NCBI RefSeq assembly: GCF_000299365.1
Contig: NC_018655.1
Location: 690,001-722,000, forward strand
Source of the DNA: Candidatus Nitrosopumilus koreensis AR1
Lineage (GTDB): Archaea; Thermoproteota; Nitrososphaeria; Nitrososphaerales; Nitrosopumilaceae
Reading direction: 5' to 3'
DNA: 32,000 nucleotides
Of this stretch, positions 9,055 through 19,044 are shown piece after piece; within the stretch, counting starts at the first letter, position 1; each line of letters starts with the position of its first letter. The notes under the pieces are model-generated. The model saw nothing but the letters and a program-made list of their open reading frames with translations, was not told the origin of the DNA and made no database searches. The position numbers were made by a program, and so were the translations under genes.

Positions 9055-9864
9055 CTAGATTTTACAGCTACCATCTGGATTGCGTAGTTTTTTTGCCATG
9101 ATGTATGGTGTAACCAACAATATTGGTATTGATATTGCAATTAGTAGTGTCTGCAGTTGTGTCAGTGCAATAGATAGTGCAATTCCGCTGGCAGTCCCAA
9201 TGAACACTGAGAAAAACGTACCAGCACATGTTGGACATGCAATAAATGCACCTGCAATTGCACCAATGCCACTCATGCCAGTCCCTTTCTTAGAAATTGT
9301 GTATGCAGTAATTGCAATTGATGTGTTTAGTGCAACCAAATATGATACGACTATTTGGAGAACCAGGTTTATTGGAATTATCTGCAATCCTACGTGGTCT
9401 GTAAGGTATATGATAATTTTTGGCATGTATCCAATGTCTCCACAACATGGGGCAACAAACCCTGATGGAATCTCTGCACCATAATGAAATGAAAAACTCA
9501 CCTCTGGCTGATACACCAATGTTCCAGATACTAGAGAAAAGAATATTCCGTATCCCACAAATGTTGCAAGAAATATCTTTCTTGATTTTGTATTCCATGT
9601 GACTATTGCAATAATTGTTGAAAGATCTTTTCCGTTGCTTTCTGTTTTGCCTTTGTGATACCTGTACAGTCCAATTCCAATTGCACCAAATGATGCAAGC
9701 AATGTAATGTAAAACCCATAAGCTATTCTTTGAATGGAGTCAATTGCACTTGGTGTTAGCAACTCTGGGTCTTGATATCTTCCATAAATGACAAATAACA
9801 ATGCGATTGTGACAAATCCTAAAACAATCAGTTTTTTGCCTTTGTTGATTGAATTTGTCTTCAT
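9055..9864 (-). CDS. polytopic membrane protein with CPTCAGTF motif
   Basis: Multiple hydrophobic segments, GAIAGAFIACPTCAGTFFSVFIG; co-directional with trkH. Confidence 0.7.
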   Translation of the reverse strand: MKTNSINKGKKLIVLGFVTIALLFVIYGRYQDPELLTPSAIDSIQRIAYGFYITLLASFGAIGIGLYRYHKGKTESNGKDLSTIIAIVTWNTKSRKIFLATFVGYGIFFSLVSGTLVYQPEVSFSFHYGAEIPSGFVAPCCGDIGYMPKIIIYLTDHVGLQIIPINLVLQIVVSYLVALNTSIAITAYTISKKGTGMSGIGAIAGAFIACPTCAGTFFSVFIGTASGIALSIALTQLQTLLIAISIPILLVTPYIMAKKLRNPDGSCKI

Positions 9865-9899
9865 GATCTTTTGCTTTTGCTATGAAATTAATTCCTATC

Positions 9900-11714
9900 T
9901 TAGCTGAGTCTGGGCACGAAAATGTATATGATTGCAATTATTTCCAGCCTTCCAAATATCATCAAAAATCCCAGGACAATCTTTGTTGCAGGATCCGTAT
10001 CAAAGTCAATTACTCCTGCAGACAGTCCTCCTGTGGTAATTACCCCTGCTGCCTCAAAGAATGCATCTTCAAAAGGCACGTTCTCTGTTCCTGCAAGATG
10101 CAGTCCCGTAACTGCAGATATTATTGGAAACAAGGCTAAAATGATTAATGTTGATGTAATCTCTTTTTTTGCTTGAGTTGAAAGCTCTTTTCTTTTGATG
10201 CTGCTAAATAATGATCTGCAATTTTTTAGATGGAACAATCTAAAAATCTTCAGACCTCCTGCAGTTGAAAATCCACAACCACCAATAAACATCAAAATTA
10301 TCAGAATCATCTGTCCAATTCCATTTAGTTCTGCCAAGCTTTCTAGTTGCAGTCCTGCAGTGGTGCTAGCTGATACAGAATAAAACGCACTTTCTAATGG
10401 CTCAAGCCCACTTATTCCAATAAACAAAATAGTTGCACTGCCTAATATTGCAAAATAAGTGAGAACCTCTTTTCCTAATTTTGGTGCAAGGAATTTTTTT
10501 CTGACAAATGCATAGTGGAATGTAAATGGCAATGCGCCAAGAATCATCGCACCTATCAAGATGACTTGTTCTTGCCAACCTAGATTCTCAATGATTGTAG
10601 ATGACGGTACAAATCCTCCTGTTGCAAGAGTACTCATAGCTAACGAAAAGTCATCAAGCAGATTATCTTGTCCAAAGGAATACAGCAACATTGCAACTAT
10701 TATGATATACACTGCAAAGATTACTGTAATAGTTGAGAAGAGCTCTTTCATGTGAAGTGTTCTGCCTGAAATAAAACCTCTCATGGATTGCAGTTTTGAT
10801 TCTGGATAAAATGCCGTAATTACCAGGTAGATGAAACTCATTCCCCCTACAAGTTGCGTATAACTACGATAGAATGTAAAGCTCTGAGAGAGTTCTTCAG
10901 GTTCCTGGAATAATGATATTCCTCCTGTAGTAAAACCTGCAGCACTTGAAAAAAATGCATTTCCAAACACTTCGACACTTGATTCTTCACTGGGCAAGAC
11001 ATACAGATACGGTACTGTTCCAAACAGCGACAGCAAAAACAGGCTTGAGAATACCAGTATTGATGCCTGTTGGAGGTTCAGACTAGATTTTTCACCATAT
11101 GAATTCAAAAAAAAGCCTGTAACTAACAATAACACGGTTGTAAGGTAAATTCCTGTAGCTGTTGTGGTATCCTCTAAAATTGTTGCAACAATTGCCGGCA
11201 CCAGCAACAACACTCCTGCAAACTGTAAAACAAATCCAAGATTTCCGAGCACTGCTTTTACTGGTGGACTCAATACACGTGGTTCAGAAGCAGTTGCATC
11301 TCTGATCACATTTGCAATTGTTGCTTGGAAGATCATTCCAATGACTTCGTTCTTTTTTGATAAAACTGGTAATTTCCTGATGCCGTTATCTCTCATCTTG
11401 TGTAATGCATCTTGTAATGTGGATTTTTCGTTAATTGTGATAAGTGGTGTGCTCATTATGTCTTTTAGTTTTGTAGCTTCAGCATAGACTGTAGTGTCGC
11501 TAACTTTGCTTAGAATGTCTTCGTCTGTAACAATTCCTACTGGCATTCTGTCTTCGTCTGTAACAATAATGTCATCTGTTTCATAATGTCGTAGCATTCT
11601 AGCTGCTTCTCTTGTGAGTGTGTTCTGACTTAGAATAAGAACATCCTTGTCCATGTATTCTGTAACGTACTTGCTTAGAACATATGAGACTGCACGTTCT
11701 GGATTAGATGACAT
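9900..11714 (-). CDS. TrkH-family potassium uptake protein with N-terminal tandem CBS domains
   Basis: N-terminus DIIVTDEDRMPVGIVTDEDIL...ATKLKDIMSTPLITINEKSTLQDALHKM...GIRKLPVLSKKNEVIGMI (CBS pair), then TrkH repeats FSSAAGFTTGG, LATGGF, SASTTAGLQ, GGCGFSTAGG and AAGVITTGG. Confidence 0.9.
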   Translation of the reverse strand: MSSNPERAVSYVLSKYVTEYMDKDVLILSQNTLTREAARMLRHYETDDIIVTDEDRMPVGIVTDEDILSKVSDTTVYAEATKLKDIMSTPLITINEKSTLQDALHKMRDNGIRKLPVLSKKNEVIGMIFQATIANVIRDATASEPRVLSPPVKAVLGNLGFVLQFAGVLLLVPAIVATILEDTTTATGIYLTTVLLLVTGFFLNSYGEKSSLNLQQASILVFSSLFLLSLFGTVPYLYVLPSEESSVEVFGNAFFSSAAGFTTGGISLFQEPEELSQSFTFYRSYTQLVGGMSFIYLVITAFYPESKLQSMRGFISGRTLHMKELFSTITVIFAVYIIIVAMLLYSFGQDNLLDDFSLAMSTLATGGFVPSSTIIENLGWQEQVILIGAMILGALPFTFHYAFVRKKFLAPKLGKEVLTYFAILGSATILFIGISGLEPLESAFYSVSASTTAGLQLESLAELNGIGQMILIILMFIGGCGFSTAGGLKIFRLFHLKNCRSLFSSIKRKELSTQAKKEITSTLIILALFPIISAVTGLHLAGTENVPFEDAFFEAAGVITTGGLSAGVIDFDTDPATKIVLGFLMIFGRLEIIAIIYIFVPRLS

Positions 11715-11861
11715 TAAGCTACCCTTAGTTAGGGATTTTAAATAATTTGGGGTTACGCTATAATATTGATCGTCTAAAAATAATTTACCTATCTTGAATT
11801 GCTATTTTGATCTCAAAAATTTGCTATCTTTATAAGCACTGGGAGTGGAGTTTATGCGTAA

Positions 11862-12296
11862 ATGGATATCAATCAAGAACCAGAGCCTGACTATGACTCT
11901 GTAAAAATTGATTATGTCGGATTCGTTGATCCTTATGCCGTTGAAGGCATGGTTGTTCTAAAAGCAGATGACGGAAAAGAGTTCCATATGAGGGCCTTTT
12001 CTGGCGAGGTTGCAAAACACATCTCAAGCTTTGGCGATGATAAAGGAGGCGAAGCTGCACCTTCGATTTACAAAATGATTGAAGACATCTGTGAGGAAAA
12101 CGAACTGGTTCTAGTCAAAGTCAAAATATATGAAAGCGGTGAGGTTCTCAGAGCAAATCTGTACTTTACTGGCAAAAAAGACCTTGTCTTGAGAAACTAT
12201 CGTGCATCGGATGCCATGGCACTTGCTGCATATTACAACATTCCAATTCTAGTCAGAAAGAATCTGCTAAAAGAGAGCATGGAAGCTGAGACCTGA
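11862..12296 (+). CDS. bifunctional nuclease family (DUF151) protein
   Basis: VVLKADDGKEFHMRAFSGEVAKHI...RPSIYKMIEDICEENELVLVKVKIYESGEVLRANLYFTGKKDLVLRNYRASDAMALAAYYNIPILVRKNLL matches DUF151 architecture. Confidence 0.85.
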   Translation: MDINQEPEPDYDSVKIDYVGFVDPYAVEGMVVLKADDGKEFHMRAFSGEVAKHISSFGDDKGGEAAPSIYKMIEDICEENELVLVKVKIYESGEVLRANLYFTGKKDLVLRNYRASDAMALAAYYNIPILVRKNLLKESMEAET

Positions 12297-12336
12297 AATT
12301 AGAACGGTTTTTGTTCTAGTGGGGTTGTGATTTATT

Positions 12337-12555
12337 ATGAATGAACAAGAACAACTGATGGATAATCTGCTAAATGTGGATCTTGAAATTATTGATGTAG
12401 TACGAGAACTCCATCAAGGAAATTGGGATTCAGACTCTCACAAACAACAAGTGGGAGATTTGCTAAAAATCCGAGATGAAATGGTTCAAAAACTAATGGC
12501 TGCAAAAGGCGATGATCATCAATGCGATTGCGGACATGATCACAGTCATCAATAA
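12337..12555 (+). CDS. small helical protein with His/Cys-rich C-terminus (HQCDCGHDHSHQ)
   Basis: 72-aa intact ORF just downstream of the DUF151 gene. Confidence 0.65.
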   Translation: MNEQEQLMDNLLNVDLEIIDVVRELHQGNWDSDSHKQQVGDLLKIRDEMVQKLMAAKGDDHQCDCGHDHSHQ

Positions 12556-12743
12556 TCATCAAAAAAATTATCTGGAAACATCTTCCTGATTTTGTCTAGT
12601 TCTTTTTGATACTTTTGAATTTTCAAATTTATCTCTATATTTTCAGATGAATTTTCCTTTTGCTTTTCTAGCGATTTTATCTGGTTTGATATTGTCTTGT
12701 ACATTATAGAATATTCTGGAAATTTTTCTGGAAGTTTACCCAT
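12549..12743 (-). CDS. small coiled-coil hypothetical protein ending KIRKMFPDNFFDDY
   Basis: 64-aa intact ORF resembling 7284..7493. Confidence 0.5.
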   Translation of the reverse strand: MGKLPEKFPEYSIMYKTISNQIKSLEKQKENSSENIEINLKIQKYQKELDKIRKMFPDNFFDDY

Positions 12744-12799
12744 TGTCTAGTTCAAAATGAGATTAAATTTAGTAAATAAAAAAGAATTGAGAGTTAATC

Positions 12800-13801
12800 T
12801 CAGCTTCTAGATGGGAATATGCCTGATGTGCATACAATGTATGAGACATCGTCAGGACCGCTACCTGCACCATTTGGTTCAACAGCTCTGAGGTCTGGTA
12901 ATGCAAATGTTGTTCTACCATCACCGCCATATGTTGTTCCAAAGATGCTAAACAATGCAGCGTTCTCAGCAATTGGAAGTAATTGTCCTTCAGCACCCAT
13001 GAATCCACGTGGAGCAAATGTTCCAGCAAATAGTTTTACTTCGCCAAGAAGACATTCTACAGAAGTAGTTCCGGGACTTCCTCCAATATCTCGTGAGCTA
13101 CCTAGTTGAGGGTTTGTCTCATTTGTTGCACAAATTAGAGTACCATCTGATGCAATTCCAGTTACAACATCACCTACGCCACAAGAACTTCCTCGAAGAT
13201 CCATAGATAGAATCTCAGTATCAATTCTTGAAATATCTGCATCATGAACTGAAACTTCTGTAAACACATCAAAGAATGAGTCTATCTGAGATTGTTGTTC
13301 AGCATCTCGAAGGTCTAGAGAAACAATTTCAGTTTCTATTGTATCAATTTGGCTCTGAAGACTTCCCTTTGGTAATGGTATTTGAGAAACACCATCTTCA
13401 CCAGATGAACCGATATTGCTAACTGTCAGTCTTTCAGAATTTTGTAATGCTACTATCTCTGTCTGAACTGAGTCAATGTCTGCATCATGAACTGAGATTT
13501 CTGTAAACACATCAAAGAATGAATCTACTACGTGTTCTCCAGTTCCAGGATCAACGAAAATATCAAAGAAACTGTCTGGAGCTTCATAGATTTCATAGAA
13601 CACATCAAAGAAACTGTCTCCTCTAGGATCTGGTTCTACATCATCTAGTCGTTGTTCTAAATCTTGTATCTGTGTTTCAAGTTCTTGGAATGGTTGCCCT
13701 TTCTCAGCACCATTTGCAGCGTATGCCATTGTTCCGATCATCATAGAACCTGCAACAAATGCAAATGCCACAAGTCCTGCAATAATTGTCTTATCTGTCA
13801 T
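12800..13801 (-). CDS. secreted phage tail collar domain protein with DSFFD(V/I)F repeats
   Basis: N-terminal signal/anchor sequence. C-terminus GEVKLFAGTFAPRGFMGAEGQLLPIAENAALFSIFGTTYGGDGRTTFALPDLR matches Tail_Collar/MdpB-type proteins. Confidence 0.88.
   Translation of the reverse strand: MTDKTIIAGLVAFAFVAGSMMIGTMAYAANGAEKGQPFQELETQIQDLEQRLDDVEPDPRGDSFFDVFYEIYEAPDSFFDIFVDPGTGEHVVDSFFDVFTEISVHDADIDSVQTEIVALQNSERLTVSNIGSSGEDGVSQIPLPKGSLQSQIDTIETEIVSLDLRDAEQQSQIDSFFDVFTEVSVHDADISRIDTEILSMDLRGSSCGVGDVVTGIASDGTLICATNETNPQLGSSRDIGGSPGTTSVECLLGEVKLFAGTFAPRGFMGAEGQLLPIAENAALFSIFGTTYGGDGRTTFALPDLRAVEPNGAGSGPDDVSYIVCTSGIFPSRS
13236..13526 (-). repeat. two near-identical 48-bp direct repeat units (13236-13283 and 13479-13526) encoding DSFFDVFTE(V/I)SVHDAD
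   Basis: tctgcatcatgaactgaaacttctgtaaacacatcaaagaatgagtct versus tctgcatcatgaactgagatttctgtaaacacatcaaagaatgaatct, 45/48 identical. Confidence 0.85.
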
Positions 13802-13941
13802 TGCCGATATGATGTTAGGATGTTAATTAAGCTAGATGTTGTGCAAACAATGTTACAAATTCCTAAAAATTTCATTTGAATTGAGAGGAACTGTGGATAA
13901 ATTATCTAGGCAGTTGCAGAATTTAGAAAAGTGGATGGAAT

Positions 13942-16900
13942 CTAATTTACATTAATGATTCCTTGTTTAATCAAAAATTGAATTCCTGATACAAATGCTT
14001 CATCATCAATTTCTCCCGAGGCCCACCACCTTGCATTATTTTTAACCCATTCAGGTACCATCGTTGTGGATGACTCAGTTTGTGATGATGCTAAATCAGG
14101 AATTAGTAGAATTTTTGTTTTATCAAATATTCTATAGTTTTGAGAAATTCAGTTTGAGAAATTGCATCGTTTCCCCACCACCTTGCATTATTTTTAACCC
14201 ATTCAGGGATTTCTAATTTAATTGATGAATTTTCTACTTCAACATATGACACATTTTCCTTTTGTGTTAATTTGCTTGAGATGATTGCAGCCTCTAATGC
14301 AGTTTGAATTGCACCATTATCGGAGTATAATTCATTATCACTAAGTTTTGATTTTGCTTGATTAACTAGTGATTCTATTTTTGTTAGTGAATTTTTTGTT
14401 GATATTGGTAAGTTGTTAATGTCTTTGCCGTCTTTTTCCATCATGATCATTGAATTATAGACATTGATCTTTGCCGTTTTGATTAGATACAATGCAACCC
14501 CTCTAGAGTAATTATCTTTATCAAATTGTGTGAAAAATGTGTCTGCAATGCCACATCCTCGAACATCTTCATATTCTACAAGATAATCATACCATGCACC
14601 ACATCCTTGAATTGGTTGATTATATCCCATAACTCCCCAATACCATTTTTTGAAATAATCAAAAGTTTTGAATTCACCAGAATTATCATATCCCATAAAT
14701 GGATGCATAAAGCTTAACGTGTGACCAACTTCATGCAATACAAGATCTGTAACACTTGATTTTTTTTCAAATACGTTATAATCGGTAGTTACCCCGAGGG
14801 CACAACAGGGTTGTCTAGGATCATCAGGATGAGCTGGTGCTATTCCTAACCCTCCATATTCTCCAACGTACAGATTATCATTTGATGATGCGACTACTAC
14901 CACTACAGGAATAGTCCATTTTGACTCTTGAACATCCTTGAAATCCTTAAACTTACTACTGCTCTTAGTTGTTGCCCATTCTGACAATGCTTTTTTTAGT
15001 TTTCATCATCAATAATAGAAACAGTACCCAATTCTGGAAAATCCTTAAAGATTGGAACTACGGTTTTTGATTTGATAACTTCTTGAACTGATTTTGATAA
15101 TTCTTTATCATTAACATCGTAAACAGAGAGATTAACTGACCAGTTTGAATAAGGTGCCAATTCTTCTAACTGTTCTTTGATTTTGATTTCATCAAAATAT
15201 TCCGATGTTAATGCAGGGATATCTACTAGACCTCCATCTGCTATGAGTAAGATATCTACAATGTAATCTGATTTGTATGTTGGCTCATAAAGATATGATG
15301 GTGTAATTATCATTGCAGTAGAATTGTTGACATAATCTGAAATTAATTGTGCATGTCTTTGTGTAGTGTGTATGTCATGTAGATTTATCATATCATTTTG
15401 CCATTTTTTATCATAACCGAAATCATCTTCAAAATCATTATCAAAGAAACCTTGAGTTGGATGCCATGGAACAGAATACAAATCAAAGAAGTAAAAATTA
15501 TGTTTGCCACCAAATCCCATCATTCCAACTGCATCATGATATCTGTTAGTTGATGTATCCTTTCTGTTCAAACCATAAGTGTGTAAGAAATCAATATCGT
15601 CCATGTCTCCTGAAAGGAATACTAAGTTTGCTGATGAAGGATCAGAGAACTGGCTGTTAGGAGATATGATGTTTTTGTGTATGTATGATTCCATTTTTTC
15701 AGCATCCATTATCTTAAAGTCTACAGTATAGACATCATGTTTTATCCATTCTGTATGGTTCGCCTGAATCCAGGGACCAAATCCCCATGGATTGTCAAAA
15801 TCCGACTCTCCATAGAATGTATTTTTCCAAGGTTTTGATTCTGATTTTATATAATTAAACAAAGAATTTGATTCTGATTCTGATACGGATATAAAATTAA
15901 AGTTGTAATTGTATGTAATTCCTGCACGATTTAATTCAGAATGGATAAATGGAGAGTATTTTTTATTGAGATTCTTTTCAATCATTTGTTTTAGTTCAGA
16001 TGGCCATTCATCTCCAACTAGAATCAAATTGATATCTAATGACTGAGTTACAACAAGTTCGTCAGGCTGATATTTGTCTGCTTTTAGAGTCAATGGTGTA
16101 TCCCCAAACATTTCAGTATCTGCCCAAAAATCAGGGGTTGTTGAAAATCCGTTATTTGGAATTCTTATTGACTTGAGATCAAAACCAGTATTGTCAATCT
16201 GCTCTATTGCAAATCTAAAGTTTTCAGAGACATTATCGATGTAGAGAAATGCCTTGTACCCATCACTTCTCTGAACAATCCTTCCATCTCCATAATGTTT
16301 TTCATTTGTTTTCCATCCCCCACTAGTTGTATACTCTCGTGCACCGATATTTGATGTGCCAATGGCATATGAAATATCATTTTGATCTAATTTATCTATT
16401 GAATCTCCTTGTCTGTCAACAAAAATTTGAACTTGATCATAACCTGAATTAGATGGATCATTAACTTCTATCAAAAAAGCAGCAGATTTTGAGGATTTGT
16501 CATATGTCAAATAGAAATAACATTCATCAGTTTTTTTTGGCAGTGAAATGTTTTCACCTATGGCAAAATATGTAAAATCTTTAGGGCCATCAACTCCAAA
16601 CTCAACTTCTGCTTTGAATATATTCTTGGGTGATTTTTGTAATTGCTCAACCCTATTCAAATCCAATAGAAAAGACATTTCTCCACTGCTAGGCGCAGTA
16701 GTAAATTTTTCTTCAACGATGTTTGAATCAACATCGTAAATGACAAGTTTTAGACGTTCTCCGTCAGTATCTGTTTTTATGGAAACGTCTACTGATACAA
16801 CATCATTTAGGGAATAGAGTTGTTGTTTTGTGCTTACAGACACCGTATTATCGGCACATGAAAACGGATTTCTCTGCAAATTCTCTGTTAATACATCAAA

Positions 16901-17626
16901 AGGTTTGAAAAGAAAATCATCGACTACAATTTTTCCAGAATTAACTTTGATTGGTTGGGTTTCAACATTTGTAATGGGAATAATTTTACCTCTGGACCAC
17001 ACATCTGGAAAGTAATAGAATTCACTTTTTACCAATTTTCCATCTTCATCACTTTCTGTAATGTCAACATAGTCGAAAAAAACCACATATCCATTATCTA
17101 CCGTAGGTTTTGGTATGTCAACAAAAAATTTGACATATAATCCAAATCCGTTTTCAGTTTGTTTAACTTCTACCGCTCCCCCATCACATCCAGAATATGC
17201 TCCTGCCCAAAATTCTGAAAATTTCTCAAATGGGAAAACACATGAATTCCCATTTCTTTCAGCATAAATGAAATATGCTTTATTTTTTTCTGCTTCAAAT
17301 GACATTAGAAAGTAATCTGAATTAAACGGACGGTAGTATTCTAATCGTTCATCTGTACTATCTTCAATATAGATAAGTAATCTTGGGCTTTTTGATTTGT
17401 CATAAAAATAATAACTGTCAATTCTTTCTCCGTTGTCTCTAACCAAAGAATACGGATTAAAATCTCCTACAAGATCACTTTGGCTAAATTTTTTAAAATC
17501 ATTAATTGTTGGCGCTTCATTTATTGAGTAAATTGGGATTACTGGAGTGAATATTGCATCTGCGTCAATAACTTGGATTAGCAAAACAAACATCAAAGCT
17601 GAAATAACAAAGTATGAAATTCTCAA
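13942..17626 (-). CDS. large secreted metzincin-like metalloprotease with two C-terminal WVKNNARWW repeats; broken by two one-base frame interruptions
   Basis: Track ORFs 14996..17626 and 14103..14987, plus an untracked tail 13942..14102, become one frame if one A/T is added at T4 15000-15003 and one at T5 14112-14116. Span of 3685 plus 2 equals 1229 codons. Zinc motif HEVGHTLSFMH and a VMGYN Met-turn candidate; N-terminal signal MRISYFVISALMFVLLIQVIDADA. Confidence 0.75.
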
Positions 17627-17729
17627 GTATTTTTTTCAAGTATGATGAATAATTAAATCTGATCTAAATTATTGCATTAATTTTTAGTTAAAGTGTCTAA
17701 ATTAAATATCCATCTTACTAATACTCGTT

Positions 17730-18122
17730 ATGAGGATTGCAATATTTCTTGCATTTGTGGTTGCATTTGGTGCTAGTATGGCATATGCTGAACCAGTTTC
17801 AACAGAAATTCCATCTGGAGAAAAAACACACTATGTTGATGAACAAATAATGATTGTGGCTGACATTTCAAATAACCAAGACGTACCTCAAAACTTTGCA
17901 TACATTACACAAGTAAAAAATGATCAAGACATTGTCATTTCATTGTCTTGGTTAACTGGTTCACTATCTCCAAGACAATCATTTTCTCCTGCACAATCAT
18001 GGGTTCCTGCTTCTACTGGAACATATCACATACAGGTTTTTGTTTGGGAAAGCATCGATAATCCCGAAGCACTGTCTCCTCCACTTTCAATGACTGTAAA
18101 TGTCAATGAAAGATTTTCTTGA
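17730..18122 (+). CDS. secreted hypothetical protein with Ig-like/CARDB-like fold composition
   Basis: Signal peptide MRIAIFLAFVVAFGASMAYA, then a beta-rich region EQIMIVADISNNQDVPQNFAYITQVKN. Confidence 0.7.
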   Translation: MRIAIFLAFVVAFGASMAYAEPVSTEIPSGEKTHYVDEQIMIVADISNNQDVPQNFAYITQVKNDQDIVISLSWLTGSLSPRQSFSPAQSWVPASTGTYHIQVFVWESIDNPEALSPPLSMTVNVNERFS

Positions 18123-18272
18123 TTTAAAATTCTGCTTCATAATTCGGCAAACTCATCATCTCTCAGTGATAGCTTAGTTGTCGGTTAATCATCAGCAAAC
18201 TATGTTGTCTTGTATAGTATATTATCATTGACGTATCAGAACCTTTTTGATACAAGGACTTGTTTCTTAAAC

Positions 18273-18521
18273 ATGGCAAATTTTGAAAAACTCTACAAAA
18301 GAGTTGCATCGCAGGTAATTGAGCGATGCCATGGTGCAATCAAAATAAAAAAGAAAGGAAAAATTATTCAGGTTTACGACCCAAAACGCCACATGTGGAG
18401 TATCGGATTGGCAGGATTGGTAATCAAAGAAGAGTGCAAACTTGCAAATCTACGGGACTGGGAGGTTGCAAATGTCCGACACTATGTAATTGAAGACTTG
18501 CTCTCAAAACCAGACGGCTAG
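18273..18521 (+). CDS. hypothetical basic protein (82 aa)
   Basis: MANFEKLYKRVASQVIERCHGAIKIKKKGKIIQVYDPKRHMWSIGLAGL...; ATG 18273 preferred over 18210. Confidence 0.6.
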   Translation: MANFEKLYKRVASQVIERCHGAIKIKKKGKIIQVYDPKRHMWSIGLAGLVIKEECKLANLRDWEVANVRHYVIEDLLSKPDG

Positions 18522-18778
18522 TATGTTACTTTTCTAATCAGGTGGGGCTCTTTTAGCATAATTGTATCGTCTTTTCGGGATGACAGTTCTACTTGTTTGA
18601 GATTGAGATTTGTTACTATGATTAATGCCTCACAGCGAGTGCAAAGAATGGTTCTTCCATCAGACCTCTCCTCTCTGATGATGTCTTTTTCCAATCTGTC
18701 TTCTTTTTGGCATGTTGGGCACAGTTTGGGCTCTTTTGCAATGGTGATTATCTCTTTTACAAAGATGGTCTTGCCCAT
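18518..18778 (-). CDS. zinc-ribbon-like protein (CPTCQ...CTRC)
   Basis: Two CxxC knuckles, CPTC and CTRC, separated by 26 residues. Confidence 0.65.
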   Translation of the reverse strand: MGKTIFVKEIITIAKEPKLCPTCQKEDRLEKDIIREERSDGRTILCTRCEALIIVTNLNLKQVELSSRKDDTIMLKEPHLIRKVTY

Positions 18779-19044
18779 GTTGTACTGTTTTTGGGCTGAT
18801 CAAAAAAGAGTTTGTATTGTTAATTGGCATCAGCAATTCTGTTTTGAGCGTCAAACCGTTTAATCGCCCAAAATTAGAATGAATGGTATTCAATGTATTT
18901 CCAATCTAACCAATTAACAATATCTGTAGTATTTTTTTGAAAATATGTTTTTTCATTTAGATGTATCAAAAATTTATAATAATATTGGATCATTATTGTA
19001 AAATTTCATGCTAAATATTAAATACTAAAATTTCCTATAGTGAT

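Noticed and set aside
9080-11487. Plus-strand ORFs opposite the membrane protein and CBS-TrkH genes
   Set aside because: The minus-strand frames carry CBS and TrkH motifs; the plus-strand translations are low-complexity mirror sequences.
12769-13109. ORFs 12769..13029 (-) and 12819..13109 (+) across the tail-collar domain
   Set aside because: They overlap the conserved tail-collar coding frame and have no signature of their own.
14996-17626. Treating the 876-aa ORF, the 294-aa ORF and the tail as independent genes
   Set aside because: The second ORF lacks a signal peptide and starts at TTG, with the in-frame continuation available by a one-base change. The tail contains a second copy of the same repeat module out of frame.
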